A stretch of DNA of 64,000 nucleotides from Torpedo marmorata (taxonomy: Eukaryota), in contig OZ360246.1 in assembly GCA_977017645.1 (NCBI GenBank), positions 27,528,001-27,592,000 on the forward strand, given 5' to 3'. A model generated the notes under the pieces. It did no database searches. It saw only the letters and a list, made by a program, of their open reading frames with translations, and was not told the DNA's origin. The translations under genes were made by a program, and so were the position numbers. This document shows, piece by piece, positions 22,277-35,900 of the stretch (its first letter is position 1; every line of letters begins with the position of its first letter).

Positions 22277-24024
22277 TATTGCTAACTAAAAGATTGACCA
22301 ATACAATACAATTAAAGATGAAGCTGAACTATCCCACTTAGAAACATTTTAACATCCCATACATTTTGATATATTTATAAGAAATTGACAATGCACATAT
22401 CAGTTTACTGTGTATAGTGGTTTGTAAAAAAAAAAAAAAAACAACTAAATTTAAATTAGTTCAAAATTCAAACCATTGGTTTAAATTGTGCTGGAGCAGG
22501 CTGCAAACAATTATGAAAATGCCATGTTAGCAAGTTTGGGATTTCCATACCAGACTGTACATGTGTGCAAATTCTAAAGTTCCTGTTAGTTGTGTGGAAT
22601 TGTGAAAGTGTATACAGGTAGTCATGATGACATTATTACCACAAAACTACCGGTATCTGCTTATTTTCATGAAGCTCACTTTTCCCTTTTGAATAAAAAA
22701 TTTCTCTCTGCAATCCTCTTAACACAATTTCCTTCGGAATGGATTTTTATAAATACAAAATTGTGCACCTGCTATTACTTCCTGTCTTTCTTTTTGTGTG
22801 CATGGAACAATTGTGGGATATTGCCTCTTCAGGGGTGTGCATATATTAATATTTAAGAAAAAACAGCAACTGTGAATAAAATTAAACTGGGACACATGAA
22901 TTCCTCCTGTGAAAGTGTCCCAATAGCCTTTATTTGTGAGAGAGAGGTCAGATGTTCTGTGAAAAATTTGGAGTGTTTAGTACCTAACATTTTTAACTAT
23001 CATTGTCTTTTCTAGCGCTTTTCAGCAATGCATGCAAATCATAATATACTGAATATGTTTTGATACTTTATATAGATCAGTAAGTGCATTTATATGTTGC
23101 ATGCAAATTCACTTGCTCTGAATATGTGAGAATTTTGTGATGTTGTTGAAATCAGCCTGTTCCTTTACAGATACAAGATAGATCAATGTTAATGGCCCTG
23201 ATTCTCTTCAAATATGAAACTAAATGTTCCTTTACTGTGTAAACATCACACATTTGCATGTTTTTAACGGATATTCAGAGTTCTGAGAATAAGTTGTGAT
23301 GCATTACAAGGATTTTGTTGGAAAGGACGTTGACAGCTGCCACCAGTCGTAGGGTTCTATTTGGTTGTGCTGTGTCACATTTATTGCATAACTGTTTAAT
23401 CAACACCTTTCTTAAACAAGTTCACCAAAGGTTCAGAATTCAAAATCTTTAACACTAATCGCCACATACCACCCTGAAGCCCTGCTACCATCCCTCCCAG
23501 TCACTATGATATGCTAGTTTTCTATAAATGATGATGTTTTAGGTTGTTAGATTGTCTCAGTTACTGAACCTTTCCACTGAAAATATCCAGCAAATGCAGG
23601 TATCCTTTATAAACTAAGAATTGAAATTTGGTATAATTGAAATAACAATACCAGAATCTATACCTATTGTCGATGAAAAAATTCATGACACTTTAAAAAT
23701 GTTTGAGGTTAGTTAAAGTTGTGGCTCAACATACTAATGCTAAATAGTGTGTGAATTTACTAACAAGTGCTCTGACTGCAATCCATTTTGGGCTACCCCT
23801 GTGTACCTCCTCACTCTTCACATGTAGACTAGAAATGGAAATGGTGCAGTTAATTGTTCTCGCAATGTCTAATCTTCAAAATGGAGAGCAGGAGATTTAT
23901 AGCATTTTTAAAAAGCAGTGACTCTCCAGCATTAGTAATTTATGTTTGCAGTGAATAAAGCTACAGTGCATACGTTGATCTTATAATTTTAAGATATTCT
24001 GCCAGATTAAAGAGATTGGGAATA

Positions 24025-24760
24025 CAGTAAAACCCCTGGTATCTGGAATTCAAGCAACCAGCAGCCTCAAGCAACTGGCAAAAAAATCGAGGAAGATAAA
24101 TTTAAAAAATTGGGCGGCACGGACTCGTGGGCCGAAATGGCCTGTTACCGTGCTGTATGTCTAAATTTAGATTTAAAAAGAATAAAATAATAGGTTAAAA
24201 AAAATACGTTTAAAATTGTAAAAGTAAATGTTCTCTGAAGTAACACAAACTTTTGGTGAAGATGGGAGCAAATATTCAGCCTTGGTCGTGCTTTGCTCGT
24301 AGAGGCTGGCTGAATAAAGTTGTGCAAAACAGCAATGGCGTTGCCCAGGATAAAGAGCTCGTTGATGCTGCTTGCCATTTGGGTGACTCTCTTTAAGTGT
24401 CTCCTTATTCCTGCTTAGTAAGAGTCGCCCCGGTCAGAGGCTTTATCTGTAAACTTGGGGGAGGGGGGGTTAATTATCTATAATGTTATTGTTTGTCTTT
24501 CGATCGGCTCCGTGGAGGGACCTGCAGATGTAGTCACGGTTAAATGTTTTCAAAGAATGTGACTGAAAATAAAGTAAAATGCTTTAAGGTTTATATATTA
24601 ATGCAAATGAAGTTCGTTCAGTGTAAGTACAGTAGAGTATTTTTGTCTTTTAAACTGTTTATTCTTATGCAGGTGTATTAGTTAGGCATTGTAAGAGTAA
24701 GTCTCAAGCAACCGGAAAATAAACTTAACCGACATCTACCAATTCCCATAGGTGCTGAAT
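24025..24760. mobile_element. Tigger-like MITE family (CAGTAAAACCC TIR) with nested SINE tail at ~24110-24170
   Basis: TA-CAGTAAAACCCCTGGTATC start; interior is the reverse complement of 51123-51556; short complete copy at 49754-49971. Confidence 0.8.
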
Positions 24761-26344
24761 AAGTGTTCAAACTGGCTTACCATATTGCACGCAGTTGAGG
24801 GTGCTTTGATTCTGGCTTTGCAGTGTGAAGAGAGTCATTTAAATAAATGATTTTTCCAAATTTAAGTGGTATTGGATTTTAAAAACATAATCTTGACAGT
24901 TGGTTGAAACGATTAAAATGTATTTAAATAATGCCTCATGGAGGCAAAAGTCTAATTTTATCTATGAATCAGGAGCCATAGTTTTTAGACAAAAAGCAAA
25001 ATACTGCAGAAGCTGGAACACGCTATTAGAAATACTTAGGAGGTCAAGCATATTTGTGGGAACAGAAATGGTTAATGACCCAATTATAACCTTGGGAGTT
25101 ATTAGTGCTGACCAAAAGCATCTGCAAAGCTGAACTTTAAGAAGGGTATTTAGGTATATAGGTTGCAAGTGTAGCTGAGGAATCTTTTAAGAGAAATGTT
25201 TAGTTCAGTCATTAATTTGTAAATTAATGTATGTCAATATAAATGTCTCTGATACTCCAAGAGGGACGTAATTTAAGTTGCTTGATATAGGTTAATGGTT
25301 GTAATTTGGGCGGCACGGACTCGTAGGGCTGAATTGGCTTGTTACAGTGCTGTATGTCTAATTTAATTTAAATTTAATCAAGTTATATGCTGCGCCTGTT
25401 CACTTAAGGTAATGGATTAGGGAGTAATTTGATCACAAGATGTTTCGTTTGCTGTAAAACGAACTGAATAATCTGTAAATAACTTTCCTTCAATTTCCCT
25501 ACCTTTTCTTGAGGATGTGTTTAGGTTATGTATTGAGCTATGGAGAATACCTTGAGATCCACTACCCTGGTCCATTTGAATAGATTAACCCAAACAGTGA
25601 CTATTAGCCATTGTACAATAGGCTACAAATCTGAATCAATCAAATAGTAACTTCCAAGTTAATTAAACAAATCCTGAAAATGAGAAATGTTGAAACATCA
25701 CAATGATCACATGTGGTCTAAAAGTCTGACACCAAACTTTGGCTATTGTGACAAAATAATTTGCAACTGCATTCACACATCCCATCTCCCTATAAAATAT
25801 TCATATGAAGTTATTACTCTTGCTTTTGCCAATAACTCAACACTTAATTGTCTAAAGAAACTTGAGTGGCTTTTTATTGGTGGCTTACCAAGAAATTGGT
25901 AAGTACGAACAGGGCATTCCTTTGTTATAAAATATAGCCATGAGGTCTTGTGTATCATAATTTTATCAGATGTAGTTCCCCTTTTTAAAAAAAAATGGAA
26001 CTAAGTTCCTGAGGAATGCAATGTATCTTTAAACCATGGTATACCATTGGTATTTGTGCACCATCTACGGTTTTCAATTTCAGAAGCCAAAACACAATAA
26101 GAACTTCATTTTATCCCAACATTTGCCTTCACAGATGGTTCATATGAATTCAGATGAATTGCAGTTTCAATCTTTTTGACTACCATATCAATGTTCAAGA
26201 ACAAACTCCACTGATAATATTTTTGCATTTTCAAGTTGAAAGTATTGTCAATATGTGGAGCATATGCTCAAATATTAAAGTGAAGGAAAATTTGGAAATT
26301 GTTCCGTTGGATTTTTGGAAGGTTATGGAGGTGCTTGGAAAGTA

Positions 26345-26600
26345 GCATAGTGAGTAGAGCTGCTGCTCACAGCTCCATTGACCTGGGTTCAACTGGCACA
26401 GTCTGTGAGAGTTTTCACTTACTCCGAGTGAGCATGTGGATTTCCTCTCAGGTGTTCCAGTTTCCTGCCCCATATAGGTTCATAAGTTGATTGGCCACTC
26501 TAAATTGTCCTAGCACATAATTGAGTGGTAGAATCAAGAGCGGTTTTCAGCATGGACTAGATAAGCCATAAGATCTATTTCCATTCTGTATGGCTGTGAT
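26345..26600 (+). mobile_element. Old V-SINE (HE1-like)
   Basis: B-box-like GGGTTCAACT, then the conserved central GTGAGCATGTGGATTTCCTCTCAGGTGTTCCAGTTTCCT. Confidence 0.6.
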
Positions 26601-27092
26601 ACCCAGACTGAAGAATTTCCAAGGAATTTGATTATATACTTTATTTTCTTTCCTTTGTTGCTCATATAGATTTAATGGGAATTATTGTTTCTGTTTTTAT
26701 ATTAGATAATCTAAGAGCATTTAGTTAAATCATGGATGTTCATCCTCACACACAGCACTAAAATAAAACACAAAACTCAAGAAATACTCAGTAGGTAAAA
26801 ACTATGGAGAGAGAAACCGAGTTAGTGTATCAGGTTAATGGCCTTTGATTAAAGCTGGGGATGTGTTACTGGTAAAACAGATTTAAGATGCAAAAAATTG
26901 TTTGCTGTAAGAGAAATAACATAGGGGAATGTCTGTGATTAGGTGAAGGAAGGGCAGGAGCGATTAAATGATTTAAAGGGTAATGGAACCAAGTAAAAGT
27001 GGGTAATAAAGACATTACACTGGTACCCCACTGAGAGCTCTCTGGAACATTGATTCATTATAGTGTTTTTGGTTCTCCAGTAGGAACATTCA

Positions 27093-27906
27093 CAGGTACA
27101 TAATCTTTTATCCGAAACCCTTGGGACCAGACACTTCGGAATTCGGAATTTTTCGGATAATAGAATAATAGTAACAGCGGTACGTTAAGTAATTGTGCTG
27201 ATTTCAGATTCGCGTAAAACAAAGACACACTCCAACTAGAAGGGTCTCTGGACGGGGAGGAGGGGGTGGTGGCGGCGCTGGAGGGGGGGTGGTGGCGGCG
27301 CTGGACGAGGAGGGGGGGGGGGTTTGCGGCCGCGCTGGGCGGGGTGGTAAATGATTGTTTCATGACAATCAAACCAGTCAGTGGTATACGTTCACATCTT
27401 CGTTGTCGAACCCACTCAATCAGCACACGGTCAAGATCTTTGTTTTTTGCCCTATGCAATGTTTTCCTATTTTTCATTAGTTTCTGGTCATCACTGTCAC
27501 TGTAAAACTTCAACAACTTATCTTTCTGCTTCTTTAAGTCATATATGGTGGTAGTTTCCACACCATAATCTTCATTAAGACGCCGCACAGATACACCACG
27601 ATCAAGCTTCGGAAATAACTCTACTTTCTGCGCTATCGATAATGACAGACGCTTCCTTTTCTGCTTCTCTCTGTTACCCATAGGGGACTCTGCAGCTCTT
27701 TTTGACATTTTCACAGTCTTCAAAGTCCGTGAGCAGCAGAGGCACGTCTGACTGATAGGAGCACTGAGACACGGCGCTGGACGGGGGTGGGTCGCGTCAG
27801 GTCATGTTTGGCGCCATACGCGAGCTTTGGTGTGCAGATGACATCCATGGAAAAAATGTTAGGTTTTCGGAGTTTTCAGAATTTCGGATTAAAAATTATG
27901 TACCTG
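27093..27906 (-). mobile_element. Internally deleted Tigger transposon retaining the transposase DNA-binding N-terminus
   Basis: TIRs CAGGTACATAATCTTTTATCCGAAA / TTTCGGATTAAAAATTATGTACCTG; ORF 27723-27058 encodes KRKRLSLSIAQKVEL...YGVETTTIYDLKKQK...LDRVLIEWVRQRR (psq/CENP-B-type HTH); no DDE domain. Confidence 0.9.
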
Positions 27907-28394
27907 TATTTTTAAAAGCATTGCTCGTTCTTCACACTGCTGTGCTGGGAATCTTGTGAGACTCTCTGCCCTCCTCCAGTGCACCTCCAACAATGAACCC
28001 CTCGGCAGCTCAGTGTGGTTTTGGGGGGCTTGGTGAGTGGTGTAACTGCTAAGTGCTGAGGCATGAGCATCAGGGTTGCACATTGGTTGGCTCAATTAAT
28101 GTGGGCTAGAGCAGCACCTTCTCCATGTGTGTACAGACTGCCTAGGTCGTATAATTTCCCTCGCTGTCCTCTGTTGAATGTGATGGAAACTGCTGTCTCC
28201 CTTTCTCTTTGTTTGTCTGCACTGATTTCCCTGGCCAAGAGAAGGGAGACTACTGTTTTCCTCATTTTTGGACACAATGAAAGAGACCAGATGATCCAAA
28301 TGGTGTCTCAGCAATGGAGCAGGTTTTGCCAGTTGCCAGCATGGTTGTAGGTATCAGCCAAAATGCAAGTCAGAGCCCCATATCTCAATTAAAA

Positions 28395-28620
28395 AGCACA
28401 AATGCTGGAGAAACTCAACAGGTCAAACAGTGTCTTTTATGTAGCAAATACATAACCGACGTTTCGGGCTTGAGCCCTTCATCAAAGTATGAGAAAATGC
28501 CGGCAGGCGACCGAACAAAAGAGTGAGGGGTGGTGGCAAAGGCAGGAGATGATAGGTGGAGAAAGGAGGGAGGGGACAGCAGCAAAGAGGGGGAGGAGGG
28601 ATGGCTGGGTGGGTGCACTG
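28395..28620 (-). mobile_element. Penelope-like terminus fragment with hammerhead motif
   Basis: Same family head; minus strand TTGATGAAGGGCTCAAGCCCGAAACGTC at 28485-28458, adjoining a purine-rich tract. Confidence 0.75.
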
Positions 28621-28911
28621 CTCACCCTGACCTGTCCAATACCAGCCACAAAGGCAGCTTACACACCGATCTGTGATGCAATTTATTTTGTGCCAAGATT
28701 CCAGCACAGTAGCATGCAGCCACAATAAGGGCAAGAGTTCATGCTAGGTTCCCAGAATAGCAGCACTGTATATATTGCATCTCTCTCTATCTAAAGCAGT
28801 AATGACAACTTTTACATTGCTGAGTTTTCCTAGGAAAACAATCTGACCTTTAAGTGAGGTACCAGTGTAATGAACAGCAGAACGTAACAGCAAGTATGAA
28901 TAGTAGGTGAT

Positions 28912-29722
28912 TCAATTCAATTCAATTTAATTTATTGTCATAGTAATAAGACAGTGTCATATTCCATGAAATTTCTTTTTGCCTGCTGCAAGGCAGACAG
29001 ATTCGCCACCGGCAGAAATTGCCTAAGCGCCTCTAACATTCCTTACAGTCAGAGAAAGAGAAGCAAAAGAGAGTCCCCCCCAGAGTCACCGAGTGTCCAT
29101 AGATTCGCCTCCAGCGCTTCCGCAGCCTCCGCAACCATCGGCAACCCGAGCTCCAGATCCGAACCTCCAACACAGTCAGGTCGCCCTCGGCACCCCCTCG
29201 CATCCCGGTTCCGATACCTGGTACTCCTCCAGCCAGTTCGAGCCAGCCTCCAGCAGTTCGCAGCCCGGTGTGAGTCCCCCAATAGCAGTCTCCAGCAGCC
29301 CACAGCCTCCACAGGTTCCTCGCCTTGAGTCGCCAGCAGCCCGCCGCATGCACTGGTCCTTCAGCCTCAGAGCCCCTCACCGGTCCGCCGCCGTGGTCAC
29401 CGGTCCGTGGGTCATCTCCTCCGCTTCTCTTTCTCAGACGGGGGGTGATCTTCCCGTCCTCTGGTGCCCTGCTCCAGACCTCCCCTTCCCCGGAGTCTGC
29501 AGCCCCTCGTGGCTGCTGCTGGTTAAAAGGCGCTGCCATCTTGGGCGCAGTCCCCGTGGTTGCGGCATCTTAAATAAAACCACCGTCTGCTCCCTCAACG
29601 GGCCGTTCAAAGCCCGTGCGGAACCGACGGCAGTCGACTGGGCGGCTGGACCCCGTGGGAGCGCTGTATCCCCGCGGGTCCGCGGCAGCGCTGCCGCTAC
29701 AGCGGCTCCGGCAGCGCCGCCA
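28912..29722 (-). mobile_element. GC-rich non-autonomous retroelement with LINE-type 3' tail
   Basis: (TTGAA)n tail and TGACAATAAA on the minus strand; tail similar to that of the 5S SINE; CpG-rich body 29040-29720. Confidence 0.6.
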
Positions 29723-30084
29723 TTACGCATTATGGTTAAATGTGTAAAATTACCAACAGAAGAAAGAGGGGTGAAAAAACAAGAATGCTAGAATAGAAAG
29801 ATACAGAGACTGGAATTGTGGGCTATCTGAAATTGCTGAACACATTTCATCCAGATTCTTTCATTCCTGTATATCTGACAGAAGATGCGAAGTTATTCCC
29901 TGAGCTTGCATTGAGTGTAAAGGGCTGAAGACAGAGAGGTCAAAGTGGATTAGTCAATTAAAGTGTCAGGCAGCTGGAAGCTCAGGGTCTGAATTTCAGA
30001 TTGAATAGAAATGTTTTGCAAAGCTGATATCTAGTACAGCAATAATTGTTTTAAATAAATTATTTAAAATAAATAGATTTCAGC

Positions 30085-30935
30085 TTTTTTTTTGAATATT
30101 TTATTTTTTTATTTTTAAAGTCCACAATATAAACAGAAAATATACGATTTACAACTATATACAGCATTATCATTAAACTCTCCCTCCCTCCCCAACTGAA
30201 AAAGAAAATAAAACACACAAAAGAAAGAAAGAAAATGAAAAACTAAATGTACCGTCAGTGATTACATTGATTTTTCAATCTTTTTGGAGGCGCTACACCG
30301 TTAAATATTTCTACGCCATATTGTATTGTACTTTAGGGTTTGAATTACAACTGGACCCCAATATACTCCAGGTATGGTTGCCACACCTTTACAAATGTAC
30401 CGTATCTATTCCTGAGATTAAATGTAATTTTCTCCATAGGAATACAGCTGTGCATTGCTGCTGACCGTCGAGTGATTTGAAGGGGGGAGTCGGACTTCCA
30501 ATTGACTGCTATGCATTTTTTTGCTACGGACAAAGCAACTTGCACAAATTGAATTTGGAATTTAGATAATTTGTAGCTTATGTCCATTAGATTTCCTAGG
30601 AGATACAACTCCGGGTCCAGTGGAAAGGCTACCCCCGTAATTCTGGTTAGTGTATTAGATATATTATACCAAAAGGGTCGTACCTTTGCACAGGACCAAG
30701 TGGAGTGCAGGAAAGTTCAAATTTCCCCACCACATCTGAAACACATTTCCGATATTTCAGATTTTGATTTGTGTAACTTTTGTGGTGTGTGATATAGTTG
30801 GTGCAAGAAATTATATGGGACCAATCTATATCTAGCATTAATAACTGTCGTCATACTATTCCTACACCAATCTGACCAGCAACGTTCCTGAATTGTCGTA
30901 CCTAAGTCCGACTCCTACCTCTCCCTCGATCTATG
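30085..30935 (-). mobile_element. 5'-truncated L1 3' fragment
   Basis: Poly-T at 30085; FVQVALSVAKKCIAVNWKSD...IPMEKITFNLRN parallels the ORF2 C-terminus at 52908-53630. Confidence 0.85.
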
Positions 30936-33900
30936 TATACCCGGCTTAGGGCTTTCACTTTGGAGCACAAAATACATTCTGGATATAGATTTGAGCTCTT
31001 GATCTCATCTTTGAAGTTCACCTCTTGTGCACATCTGGATTCAGGCTGTTGTAAAATTCAGAGCCAATTGGTCCTGGTGAAATTTAGACTGAACAAAAGT
31101 GAGCAGGTTATTGGTAAATAAGTGCCAAATTATAGTATTGTCAATGCCATTTCCCATCTCTCTGAGAGTAAAATATTGTTATGGTCATAGTCAAATTGGG
31201 TTTATCATATCGTTTGTGGATGAGCTTGGAAATTTTCTGTATTGTCACGTAGGTGCCTGTGATAGAGCTGAACCAGAACATCTTGTCGAGTTAGAGCTCT
31301 GGAGCACAAGTCTTCAACACTGCTGGTTCTATGGCCTTTATTTTGTGACATAATTATAAACATCAAAATTGATTGATGCACAGGCATATTGTAGAGGAAT
31401 TAACAGCCTCATGGGTGCAGTATCAAAATATTTGAGTTCTGATACATTAAAATTAGGTGTTCTGAATTAAGCATATGCAAATAAGAAAACAATTTTGGAA
31501 TTCCTAAGGATGTTTAATTGAGTCAGTCTGCTTACTGCTTGCTTACAGTTAATTATACTGTATGTAAAATAAGGGGAAACTGCTATTTTTGTACTGAGAG
31601 TTTTTATTGTCATAGCTTGGCATTATGATTAGAATACGAGCAGATTATGTTATTTGTTGCAATTTTAAGACACAGTGACATTTTGTTGGGTTTGTTGGGT
31701 CAAAATAAAAAAAATTTGTGTGTATGTGTTCTTTAAATTCCAAAACTGGAAACTGCTTGGACCTGTGCCTAAAATAAAATTTAAAAGAACAATCCCTGAT
31801 TGAAATCTAAAATGGTGGCATTGAGGGGTGGGTGCATGTGAGGAGCAGAAATAGGCAACAGTTACTCATCTGTGACACTCAAAGTTTATTAAAATTAACA
31901 ATCATGGGAAATTGACAGGAAGGAAAGTTTTTTTAACTTGCACTTTTTATGATATCATGACGAAAGAGTTCTTTCTATCGTTCTCAGTATTGGTTTCTTC
32001 AGTATTCTGTTTCTCCTATACATCTAGATCAGCCATCTTTGCAATTGTATGGCAAGTACGTAAAGATTTTGATGCCAGCTGCAATCTTACTAAGCATACT
32101 TCAAATGCCAATATGCACCTTATTAATGTATTTACTCTTGCTATTTTGTTTTTTATGTATTCAGAATTTTTTGCCTTTTGTTTACTTTTTCAGTCATTGC
32201 TGAGTAACATATGTGGTGAGTAACAGTACTGAAAGATTCCCAGATGTTATTTTGTTGGATTAAAAGAGTTATGGAGCGAGAGTTCATAGAAATCTTGCAT
32301 CTGTTACATTAAAATTTACATTTAAATTTGTTGGATACCTCTGTTCAAATGAACCCTTATAACACTTCCATCAGCTTTGTCTTGAACTATAGTGGCTTCA
32401 ATTTTTTTATTACTTTAGCTGTATGTTCTTACCATTCAAGGAACTGCCATAGTACTGCATTTTCTTTGTCATATGAATATTATAAACCATTGATAATAAT
32501 TGGAAACAAATTTGTCACTTGTCACCAATTTCCCATCCCACGGAAATAATATATTAAAACTCCTCTTATCAAGTTACTTTTGCATTCTTTGCTCCAGTGG
32601 AAATTGTTCCAGTATCTTGAGTTTCCACTACTTATAACCATATCATTCTGATGAATATATGCTGTACCTCAATGTAATGCAATGGCTTCGATATAAACAG
32701 AAAATGGTAGAAATGTTTAGCAAGTCAAGCAGCATTTGTAGAGAGGGAAACCGGATTTGCGCATTGTACTTCCAACATTTTCTGTTTTATTTCAGATGTA
32801 CAACATTGAGAGTAATTTTCTTTTGTCTCAGTGGCTTTGATATCTTGTGTATTATATTATATATTGATATTTTGTTTTGGTACCCAATGATTCTATATTT
32901 TTATCTGTGACCTATTCATTGCCATTTCCAAATTTATAATTGATGTGAAACTCTTGAGATCTGTCTACATTTAAAAAAAAATCAATAATATTGGCCAGTT
33001 ACATGGTTTTTATCTACTTTCCATGGAATGAATATTTGAACTTGGATATGAACCTGTTCATCCATTTCCTAATATGAGTGTGCATTTTTTGTTCTTGCCT
33101 AAATTATATTACTTCACATTAAATTGTATTTGTCACTTTCATTAATTTATTTGTTTTGCTGAACTATTTTTCAGTTGTTGTTTATCCTTTGCAGCTTTTG
33201 GCATTGTGTTCCAAACAATCAACTAATCTAAGTTATACTTTTGTTGTCCAAAAAGCTTTTTTGTTTTCTGTCCATACAAATTTTTGGTAAATGACTTTTT
33301 TGTTGTTATAGCATTCATCTGAATTTTTGTCATGGAACCTCTGTACAAAATCTTATCAGATGCTGTCTAAACATTCATGTGTTTATTATTTAGTGCCTTA
33401 TATTTATCTTGCCATTGTTGAAAGGAACATACATACCTTTTATGAATTCACTCTGCCTGATCTTGATGAACTTTGTATCCCTAAATACTCTGATTTTTTA
33501 AAATTTCCAAATATGGATTCTAACAATTTGCTTTCAGTAGAGAATCTGTGTTTACTTGATTTGTCGATCCAGTCTTCCTTTTTTGAACTTACTTCCTTAC
33601 CTATATTTATTTTCCTGGCACAATATAATGATCAAAGAAACACTACCATTCTTAAAGCTGTAAATTATTGTGCTTAGTTTTATAACAGTGACTTTTCTTT
33701 TTAACTGTTAACCTTCTGTATATAGACCAATTGTTACTGTGCCAAAAGAGATTCTAATATTATTTTTCTTTGGCAATTGGCAGAAGCCAAGTTGAAAATA
33801 AAGTCAAAATTTATTCCCTTTTTTAATTTATCCTTTTTTTCTAAATGTGCATGAAAGCTGCAGTCACTCAATATAACAGATGCACACAAATTGGGCCAAC

Positions 33901-33992
33901 AGCTATTGCCCAGAAAGAGGAATTGAAAGCCTGAATTTACTTGACAGTGAAGTCACTGGGTAGTTTTATTTGTAGCTTGTGGGGAAAGCATA

Positions 33993-34032
33993 CAGTGGTC
34001 CCCCCTTATCCTCGGTTTCGCTTTCCGCTGTT
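33993..34032. mobile_element. Tigger MITE end abutting assembly gap
   Basis: TA-CAGTGGTCCCCCCTTATCCTCGGTTTCGCTTTCC, same TIR type as 48236-49664. Confidence 0.7.
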
Positions 34033-34359
34033 NNNNNNNNNNNNNNNNNNNNNNNNNNNNNNNNNNNNNNNNNNNNNNNNNNNNNNNNNNNNNNNNNNNN
34101 NNNNNNNNNNNNNNNNNNNNNNNNNNNNNNNNNNNNNNNNNNNNNNNNNNNNNNNNNNNNNNNNNNNNNNNNNNNNNNNNNNNNNNNNNNNNNNNNNNNN
34201 NNNNNNNNNNNNNNNNNNNNNNNNNNNNNNNNNNNNNNNNNNNNNNNNNNNNNNNNNNNNNNNNNNNNNNNNNNNNNNNNNNNNNNNNNNNNNNNNNNNN
34301 NNNNNNNNNNNNNNNNNNNNNNNNNNNNNNNNNNNNNNNNNNNNNNNNNNNNNNNNNNN
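34033..34359. other. Assembly gap (N run)
   Basis: 327 consecutive N. Confidence 1.
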
Positions 34360-34478
34360 TCAGGAAAAATAGCATCTAGGAGATGGTTGCCTTAACTATG
34401 AATCCACTTCCATTGCTCAGTGCTAGACTAATAATGCAAATTATAAAATCAATGTGTAAACCCAATCACCTAACATAC

Positions 34479-34506
34479 GTGTGTGTGTGTGTGTGTGTGT
34501 GTGTGT
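34479..34506. repeat. (GT)n microsatellite
   Basis: Direct dinucleotide run. Confidence 0.95.
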
Positions 34507-34579
34507 CTATTGGTATTTATCTATCAAGCATTGAGTAATGGAAAATGGTTTCATAGTAAAGGTAACCAACTCCTGAATG

Positions 34580-34745
34580 CAGAAACACAAAAATTAGATG
34601 CTGGAAGTTTGAGCAAACAATGAGCTGCTGGAGGAACTCTTTGGATCAGGTGGCATCCATGGGTAGAAATCAGTCAATGTTTTGGATTGGGACCCTTTAT
34701 CAAGACAAGTTCCTCCAGCAGCAGCTCATTGTTTGCTGAACTCCT
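34580..34745. mobile_element. Degenerate palindromic element (GCTGGAGGAACT family)
   Basis: AGCAAACAATGAGCTGCTGGAGGAACT / AGTTCCTCCAGCAGCAGCTCATTGTTTGCT inverted arms. Confidence 0.65.
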
Positions 34746-34884
34746 GGATGCTATTTTCCAGAATCTGAATTATAAAACCATTGTAAATGCTGTTTAAATA
34801 TGAATGTGTTTATTTACTGTGCTCTCTTCATTGTTAGTAGTTAAAATCCTATGAGAAACTACCTAGTGAAATGTTTCTTTGCTA

Positions 34885-35745
34885 GGTTCCTGCAGGAAAA
34901 GTTTTCCCAGACCATCACCTTTCACCATCAGGCATTGGTCAGCACGGAACGTCCTGCAGACATTGAGAGACGAGGACTCGGACACGGTGGGGTGGTACCC
35001 TGAGCAGACCATCCAGGTCATCTGGCAGAATGCCCCATCGCCAGTACTCACGAACAAGCACCAGGACTTGTCCTGGCTGGCGGTGAGAGAGGCCCTCCCG
35101 GTCAGATCCTTCCTGTATGACTGGAACATCACCCACAATGCAAATTGTCCCTGAGATGTCTGTGGTGGAGCAGAAACAGTCACCCAGCTCTTTGCAGAAT
35201 GTAGATTCGCGAAGAGTGTGTGGAGTAAGATGCAAGAGTCCTTGGCACGGTTCATCTCCAGCAGCAGCATGATAGAGGACTCTGATTTACAGGCTGTTCT
35301 GGGGGACGCACACAGTCAGACATCCAGAACTGCTGGAAGAGCATCAACTTGGTGAAAGACACTCTTTGGTCTGCTTGAAACCTGTTGGTCTTTCAGCACA
35401 TGGAGATGTCGGTGCAGAAATGCTGCCAACTGGCACATTCCAGGCTGCAGGGGTACGTGCTGAGGGACACACTGAGACTTGACGCTGTCAACGTGAAGGC
35501 ACTGTGGGAAAGGACCACAGCCTGGAGTCCTTCCATTACCTGGCATTGAGGGGCTGAGACAGAGGGGAAGCCCTTCAAATTACAGAGGGGAGTAACGACA
35601 AGATGCCACAGTGGTGGCAATGCTGCTAAATAGAAATTAATATAACGATGTACAGTGCTGGAAATGTATGGATACAAAACTAAGGGTGTGAAGGGACTTT
35701 GAACGATTTTCTATTGGTAAATTTGTTGTGAATAAAGTTATTTTT
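34885..35745 (+). mobile_element. Tx1-clade LINE 3' fragment
   Basis: IWQNAPSPVLTNKHQDLSWLAVREALPVRSFL...CP*DVCGGAETVTQLFAEC (C-terminal zinc-binding region); AATAAA at ~35731. Confidence 0.8.
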
Positions 35746-35900
35746 AGTATTTTTAAAAATGTGTTCATTGGGAATTTAGCTCATTTAATGTAGTTTTAAC
35801 AAGGAACTAAATCATTGTAAACTTTTGAGAGGCCTAGTGTAAAAATGCAGAGCTAAGGCTAGCGTAAGGCAGGGAATTTAAAATTTTAATTGGATTAGAG

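Noticed and set aside
29033-29791. Long overlapping ORFs (up to 232 aa)
   Set aside because: Expected from high GC content; no recognisable domain or splice context.
33941-34395. ORFs spanning the N run
   Set aside because: Artefacts of the assembly gap.
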